NCBI RefSeq assembly: GCF_000017845.1
Contig: NC_010546.1
Coordinates: 4,530,001 to 4,562,000 of the forward strand
Source: Crocosphaera subtropica ATCC 51142
GTDB taxonomy: Bacteria; Cyanobacteriota; Cyanobacteriia; Cyanobacteriales; Microcystaceae
Direction of reading: 5' to 3'
DNA: 32,000 nt
Shown here: piece after piece, positions 27,546 through 32,000 of the stretch
Numbering within the stretch: the first letter of the stretch is position 1
How the letters are laid out: every line of letters starts with the position of its first letter
Translations under genes and position numbers: made by a program
Notes under the pieces: model-generated
The model's input: the letters and a program-made list of their open reading frames with translations, nothing else
Told to the model about the DNA's origin: nothing
The model's database searches: none

Positions 27546-27818
27546 AATTTAAGATAGTTAGGGGATTTATGTAGAGGATACTTAGTTGATGAGCAGTTGC
27601 CCACAAAAAGATATTTTAAAGTGAAATTTTATGATGTTTTTATCTCAGTATGGGTAAAGGAATTTTTTAATAGACTCAACGAGTAATCCGCAATACTTTG
27701 AACTACAATCAAAGTGGGTTGAATTTCTTAACTTGATCATTGTTGCGGGTTTGAATAAGGAAAAAATTCCTATTCTAATTATCTAACTCTTAGCCATCGC
27801 CTTTATTAATTTTAGTCA

Positions 27819-29300
27819 ATGACAATATCATCAGATTCCTTTTTTGCTCGCCAAGACACAACACCACTCATTGATGTTTTAACCACGTTAAAAAACAAGC
27901 CAGATGCTGCTTTTTATGTTCCCGGCCATAAACGTGGACAAGGAATTAGTGATCCTTTGCTGTCTTTGTTAGGGGAAACTGTGTTTCAAGCTGACTTACC
28001 AGAATTGCCAGAATTGGGGAATTTATTTGCCCCTGATGAGGCGGTTGCTAAAGCCCAAATCCTAGCATCGGAAGCTTTTGGTGCTGATCAAACTTGGTTT
28101 CTGGTTAATGGGTCAACCTGTGGCATTATTGCTGCCATTGTGGCAACTTGTGGCCCTGGAGATAAAGTTATTGTACCCCGTAATGCCCATCAATCTGTCA
28201 TTATGGGTTTAATTGTTTCTGGGGCAGTTCCCATTTTTCTGAATCCTGAATACGATCCTACTTGGGATCTCGCCCTGAGCATCACCCCAAAGGCTTTAGA
28301 AGCAGCCTTAAAAGAACATTCTGACGTTAAAGCGGTTTTGTTGGTGTATCCTACCTATCACGGGGTTTGTGGAGACATTGAGTCCATCGTAGCTATCACC
28401 CATCGTTATAATATTCCATTACTGGTAGATGAGGCTCATGGGGCGCATTTTAACTTTCATAAGGCTTTACCCCCTTCGGCTTTATCGATGGGAGCAGATT
28501 TGAGCGTACAATCGACTCATAAGGTACTATCTGCTATGACTCAAGCTTCTATGTTACATTTACAGGGCGATCGCATTGATCCCCAAAGAGTTAGTCAGGC
28601 CTTACAATTAGTCCAGTCTACCAGTCCCAGTTATTTATTATTAGCTTCTTTGGACGGGGCAAGACAACAAATGGCTTTACAAGGAGAAAGGTTATTAACT
28701 CAAACCATCGAATTATCAAAATTAGCTGTTGAAAAAATTAAGGAAATTAACAAGTTATCGGTTTTAGAATTAAAAGAAAAACGTCCAGGATTTCATGATT
28801 TAGATATTACTCGTTTAACGGTTAATGTTACTGGTTTGGGGATAACTGGTTTAGAAGTTGATGATATTTTTCGAGAAAAATTGGAAGTCACTGCTGAATT
28901 ACCCATGTTGTCTCACCTAGCTTTTATTATTTCTATTGGTAATACTAAACAGGATATTTACAAGTTAATTGATGCTTTCACAAATCTGAATAATTATTTT
29001 TTTTCATCTTCTAACTGCCTATTTTCTTCCTCCTCTCATCTCCTTAACCCATCTCCTTGGAAATTATCCCCCCGTGATGCTTTTTTTTCTCCTAAAAAGT
29101 CAGTCAAAATTGAGCAAAGTATTGGCAAAATTAGTGGAGAATTAATTTGTCCTTATCCCCCAGGTATTCCTGTCTTAATGCCAGGAGAAATGATTACCAG
29201 TGAAGCCATCACTTACCTAAGACAAATACAACAGCTAGGGGGAATGATTTCTGGTTGTACTGATACAACTTTAAAGAAGATTAATGTAGTTATTGATTAA
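27819..29300 (+). CDS. PLP-dependent Orn/Lys/Arg decarboxylase (OKR_DC_1 family)
   Basis: 493 aa. It has YVPGHKRG, LVDEAHGAHF and the PLP-Lys motif QSTHKVLSAMTQ. A low-complexity linker NNYFFSSSNCLFSSSSH precedes the C-terminal domain. Confidence 0.9.
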   Translation: MTISSDSFFARQDTTPLIDVLTTLKNKPDAAFYVPGHKRGQGISDPLLSLLGETVFQADLPELPELGNLFAPDEAVAKAQILASEAFGADQTWFLVNGSTCGIIAAIVATCGPGDKVIVPRNAHQSVIMGLIVSGAVPIFLNPEYDPTWDLALSITPKALEAALKEHSDVKAVLLVYPTYHGVCGDIESIVAITHRYNIPLLVDEAHGAHFNFHKALPPSALSMGADLSVQSTHKVLSAMTQASMLHLQGDRIDPQRVSQALQLVQSTSPSYLLLASLDGARQQMALQGERLLTQTIELSKLAVEKIKEINKLSVLELKEKRPGFHDLDITRLTVNVTGLGITGLEVDDIFREKLEVTAELPMLSHLAFIISIGNTKQDIYKLIDAFTNLNNYFFSSSNCLFSSSSHLLNPSPWKLSPRDAFFSPKKSVKIEQSIGKISGELICPYPPGIPVLMPGEMITSEAITYLRQIQQLGGMISGCTDTTLKKINVVID

Positions 29301-29898
29301 TGTGTTCAGGTACATCAACCGTAGAAAGATTCGCTAAAGATTTGAGGTGTTGAGTGCGAATCAATTCAGTAAAATTCAAAATGGAACGGCCTTCTAATTT
29401 TGCAGCATTTTCTATACCTTCTAGAAGATATTTAGCTGCTTCTACCTCAGTATAACCTCGTCTTAAGGCGACTTTTAGGGCAGCTTCATCCGTATCCAAT
29501 TCTCGTTGAACACTTTTATTATCTCGCCAAATTTGTCTCGCTGAAATGGCCGTTAAGCCAGCAGCAATAAGCATTCCCATAGCATCCCCTTGTCCGGTTT
29601 CAACCACGAATCCAATGATTCCAGCTAAGACAATCAACTGATTAACATCCGGTTTAAACCAACGAATACTAATTAAATGATTGGTAGCCCTTAAAATTAA
29701 TAAATCCCTTTGGCCTCTTGGTAGCCGTCGCCATAAATCAAAGTTAATATAAATAGGACGGCTTTCTCGATTCCAAGGAGGGGCAAATGGTGCATCAATA
29801 ACTTTTGACTGCTGGGGTTTGCTAACAATTTTAGTTAACATCCTTCCAGAAGCGGGCATAATATCTAATAAACGACTAATCTCAGCATCAATACTCAT
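29290..29898 (-). CDS. Conserved hypothetical membrane protein, possibly the cyanobacterial DUF3318 family (unverified recollection)
   Basis: 202 aa with two central hydrophobic helices (LIVLAGIIGFVV, MLIAAGLTAISA). Its convergent 3' end overlaps the decarboxylase gene by 11 nt. Confidence 0.7.
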   Translation of the reverse strand: MSIDAEISRLLDIMPASGRMLTKIVSKPQQSKVIDAPFAPPWNRESRPIYINFDLWRRLPRGQRDLLILRATNHLISIRWFKPDVNQLIVLAGIIGFVVETGQGDAMGMLIAAGLTAISARQIWRDNKSVQRELDTDEAALKVALRRGYTEVEAAKYLLEGIENAAKLEGRSILNFTELIRTQHLKSLANLSTVDVPEHINQ

Positions 29899-29925
29899 AA
29901 AAAAATAGCCAAAACGCTTACTCTA

Positions 29926-30120
29926 TTATTGAGTATAATGAGTTTGAGAGGTAGCGTCTTTTTGAAAACAATTTTCTAGAAGTTGAATTTTGTATAAATA
30001 CCAAAAACGTTTGGTTTCCCAAATCATGGGTTGATTAGGATCAAATAAAGGTTGATTAAGATAAGTCCAAATAGCAATTCCGATATGTTTAAAATGCCAT
30101 AAAATTATTGGTGATCTCAT
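29926..30120 (-). CDS. Small Trp-rich hypothetical ORF (uncertain)
   Basis: 64-aa ORF located 27 nt upstream of the previous gene on the same strand. I recognise no motif. Confidence 0.3.
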   Translation of the reverse strand: MRSPIILWHFKHIGIAIWTYLNQPLFDPNQPMIWETKRFWYLYKIQLLENCFQKDATSQTHYTQ

Positions 30121-30514
30121 TGTTCTAAAATCCCTAAGTATTTGTTAAAGCAAAACCATTATGTGTTGTTTAAGAATGATGGGTTATCATCATTAGATAA
30201 CCTTTCTCTTATTAATGTGACAGATTAGCGATGGAATATGCTTGGTGACAAACACGGAATCTTTTGCCAAAATTTACGGATACTCAGTATTTTCTTGGAG
30301 TTGTTGAAACCACCAATTTTTTGAAATTGCCACAATCCTTAATATTACTAAATTACAGTCGTCCACGGTTCTTAAAATTGTGGCCATTGACTTCAGGAAA
30401 ATATCAATAGCAAATCCATTTTTAATGAGTAGATTCACTCATTTTTCCCAACATTAACCGAATTAATACCATTAATTCATTTTTTTTAATAATCAAAGGT
30501 TTAGAGATATATAA

Positions 30515-30874
30515 CTAATCCTTTTTGCGAGTTATATCAATGGTAATATTGCCAGGAAAATCGGGAATGGGAGGTGCTAATTTAGTTAAACGTATCCTAA
30601 CATGATTAACGTTTGGTAAAGAAAGAATCTCTTGAGCGATCATTTCTGTTAACTTTTCAATAAGTGCCACTTTGGTTGTTTTAATATGATTTTTAACGAT
30701 GGCGATCGCCTGTCGATAATCTGAGGTATCATCGAGATTATCACTGATACCAGCGTCTTTTAAATCTACCCCTAAAATTAAATCCACTTCAAACCATTGT
30801 CCCAAAACTTGCTCTTCCGGTAAATAGCCTGTATAACCGTAACAACGAATGCCACTCACTTCAATAAAATCCAT
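30515..30874 (-). CDS. folB: Dihydroneopterin aldolase
   Basis: Family similarity starts at the internal Met: MDFIEVSGIRCYGYTGYLPEEQVLGQWFEVDL...DYRQ...EKLTEMIA. I therefore place the start at complement 30874, giving 119 aa, rather than at 30970. Confidence 0.88.
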   Translation of the reverse strand: MDFIEVSGIRCYGYTGYLPEEQVLGQWFEVDLILGVDLKDAGISDNLDDTSDYRQAIAIVKNHIKTTKVALIEKLTEMIAQEILSLPNVNHVRIRLTKLAPPIPDFPGNITIDITRKKD

Positions 30875-30961
30875 TTCAGTTATTGCTTGAATCGAAATAT
30901 TTAGACAAAATCTAGGTTCAATCGTTATGATTGTTAATAAGATAATTCTACTATAAACCTT

Positions 30962-31552
30962 ATGAGTCACTCACCGAATAATAATCTTTCCCGTGAAGTC
31001 AAAACTCAGATTACTATTTTAGGCAGTTTTGTCAGTATTTTTTGGATAACTGAACTTATTGACATTTTTTTCTTAAAAGGAAGGTTAAATCAATATGGAA
31101 TTCAACCTCATAGTTTAATCGGTTTACGAGGTATTCTATTTGCCCCATTTTTGCATGGAGATTTGCCCCATTTAATTAGTAATACCATCCCTTTTTTAGG
31201 GTTAGGATGGTTAGTCATGTTACAAGAAACTAGCGATTTCTGGATCGTTACGATTTTAACGATGATAGTAGGAGGATTAGGAGTCTGGTTGTTTGCTGCG
31301 CCGACTTCTATCCATATCGGTGCTAGTATTTTGATTTTTGGCTACTTAGGCTTTTTATTATTGAGGGGTTATTTTCAGCGCAATTTTATCTCGATTTTTT
31401 TGTCTGTTTTAGTGGCTTTTCTGTATGGAGGATTAGTATTAGGAGTCTTACCTACAGCATCAGGAATTTCTTGGCAAGGTCACTTATTTGGCTTTTTAGG
31501 TGGAATTTTAGCAGCTAAATTAATCGCTAATGAAAAGCGATTTTATAAATAA
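30962..31552 (+). CDS. Rhomboid-family intramembrane serine protease
   Basis: 196 aa and multi-TM. It has FLHGDLPHLISN, the catalytic GASILIFG (GxSxxxFG) and HLFGFLGG (catalytic His). Confidence 0.85.
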   Translation: MSHSPNNNLSREVKTQITILGSFVSIFWITELIDIFFLKGRLNQYGIQPHSLIGLRGILFAPFLHGDLPHLISNTIPFLGLGWLVMLQETSDFWIVTILTMIVGGLGVWLFAAPTSIHIGASILIFGYLGFLLLRGYFQRNFISIFLSVLVAFLYGGLVLGVLPTASGISWQGHLFGFLGGILAAKLIANEKRFYK

Positions 31553-31577
31553 ATAATAAGTAGAAAAGCAACGGATT

Positions 31578-32000
31578 TTATTCTTGGGAGGGAAGGGATA
31601 AAAAGGCATCGAATTGACCAATAGAATCATCAGGAAAACTGACCGTTATTCCTAGTCCTTTCGCAGAGTCTAGAATGGATTGACTTTCTGCTGGTATTCT
31701 CTCACCAGGAAACTGATTTAATTGTTGTGAAACTTGGGAGAAATTGACATAAAAATAGCCTAAATTCTGAGATGGTAAAAGGGATTTAATTTCTTGAAAA
31801 TTGGGATTTTCTAGTATAGTTTCTTGTTGTTTTGAATTTTGTATTATCTCAAAAGAAGTTCCTACTGTTACCATTAAATTCTGATTATCTAACCATCCAT
31901 AAGACAAGATTACACCTTGTAAGGGAAACATCCATTCTACTACGTCAATTCCTTTAAGATTTCTTTCATTTACCGTGAAATTATTATCATTGGCTAACTT
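31578..32000 (-). CDS. Hypothetical protein, C-terminal part only; possibly DUF3352-like (unverified)
   Basis: The frame of the 117-aa track ORF stays open upstream of its Met to the window end (KLANDNNFTVNERNLKGIDVVEW-MFPLQ...). The gene therefore most likely starts beyond position 32000. Confidence 0.55.
   Translation of the reverse strand, partial: KLANDNNFTVNERNLKGIDVVEWMFPLQGVILSYGWLDNQNLMVTVGTSFEIIQNSKQQETILENPNFQEIKSLLPSQNLGYFYVNFSQVSQQLNQFPGERIPAESQSILDSAKGLGITVSFPDDSIGQFDAFLSLPSQE

Noticed and set aside
30875-30970. 32-codon N-terminal extension of folB given in the ORF track (MTHKVYSRIILLTIITIEPRFCLNISIQAITE)
   Set aside because: FolB family similarity starts at the internal Met (MDFIEVSGIR). 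The extension would also overlap the divergent rhomboid gene start and its promoter.

Overview
This window looks like an ordinary chromosomal segment of a unicellular cyanobacterium, possibly Cyanothece, Crocosphaera or Rippkaea. I located 15 perfect HIP1 octamers (GCGATCGC) by eye, plus heptamer STRR-like repeats, two pentapeptide-repeat proteins, acsF and tspO. Content is mostly housekeeping and conserved genes: rnhA (partial), spoT, rplI, ilvD, gyrA, folB, acsF, an NDH-2, and an OSBS-type enolase. It also holds a P450, a Rieske oxygenase, an Orn/Lys/Arg decarboxylase, two-component proteins, EcfT and a rhomboid protease. I found no tRNA, rRNA, CRISPR array, transposase, integrase or recognisable defence island. 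The only mobile-type relic is a decayed Uma2 (DUF820) pseudogene. I cannot point to a convincing new multi-gene system. The items most worth a second look are listed here:
1. A roughly 105-nt GC-rich, hairpin-dense island with an adjacent TATAAT lies in the leader of a yjbQ / maturation-protease / OSBS operon. I could not assign it to any RNA class.
2. A 33-nt double mini-hairpin element occurs twice, 15.4 kb apart. One copy is an exact 11-codon in-frame block inside a CDS.
3. A lipoprotein fuses two PLD/HKD motifs, an EF-hand-like loop and a ComEA-type HhH DNA-binding tail.
4. Three genes or gene blocks are markedly AT-rich.
5. A pentapeptide-repeat gene and tspO overlap by 59 nt on the same strand.
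All functional calls rest on motif recognition in the supplied translations. No searches were run.
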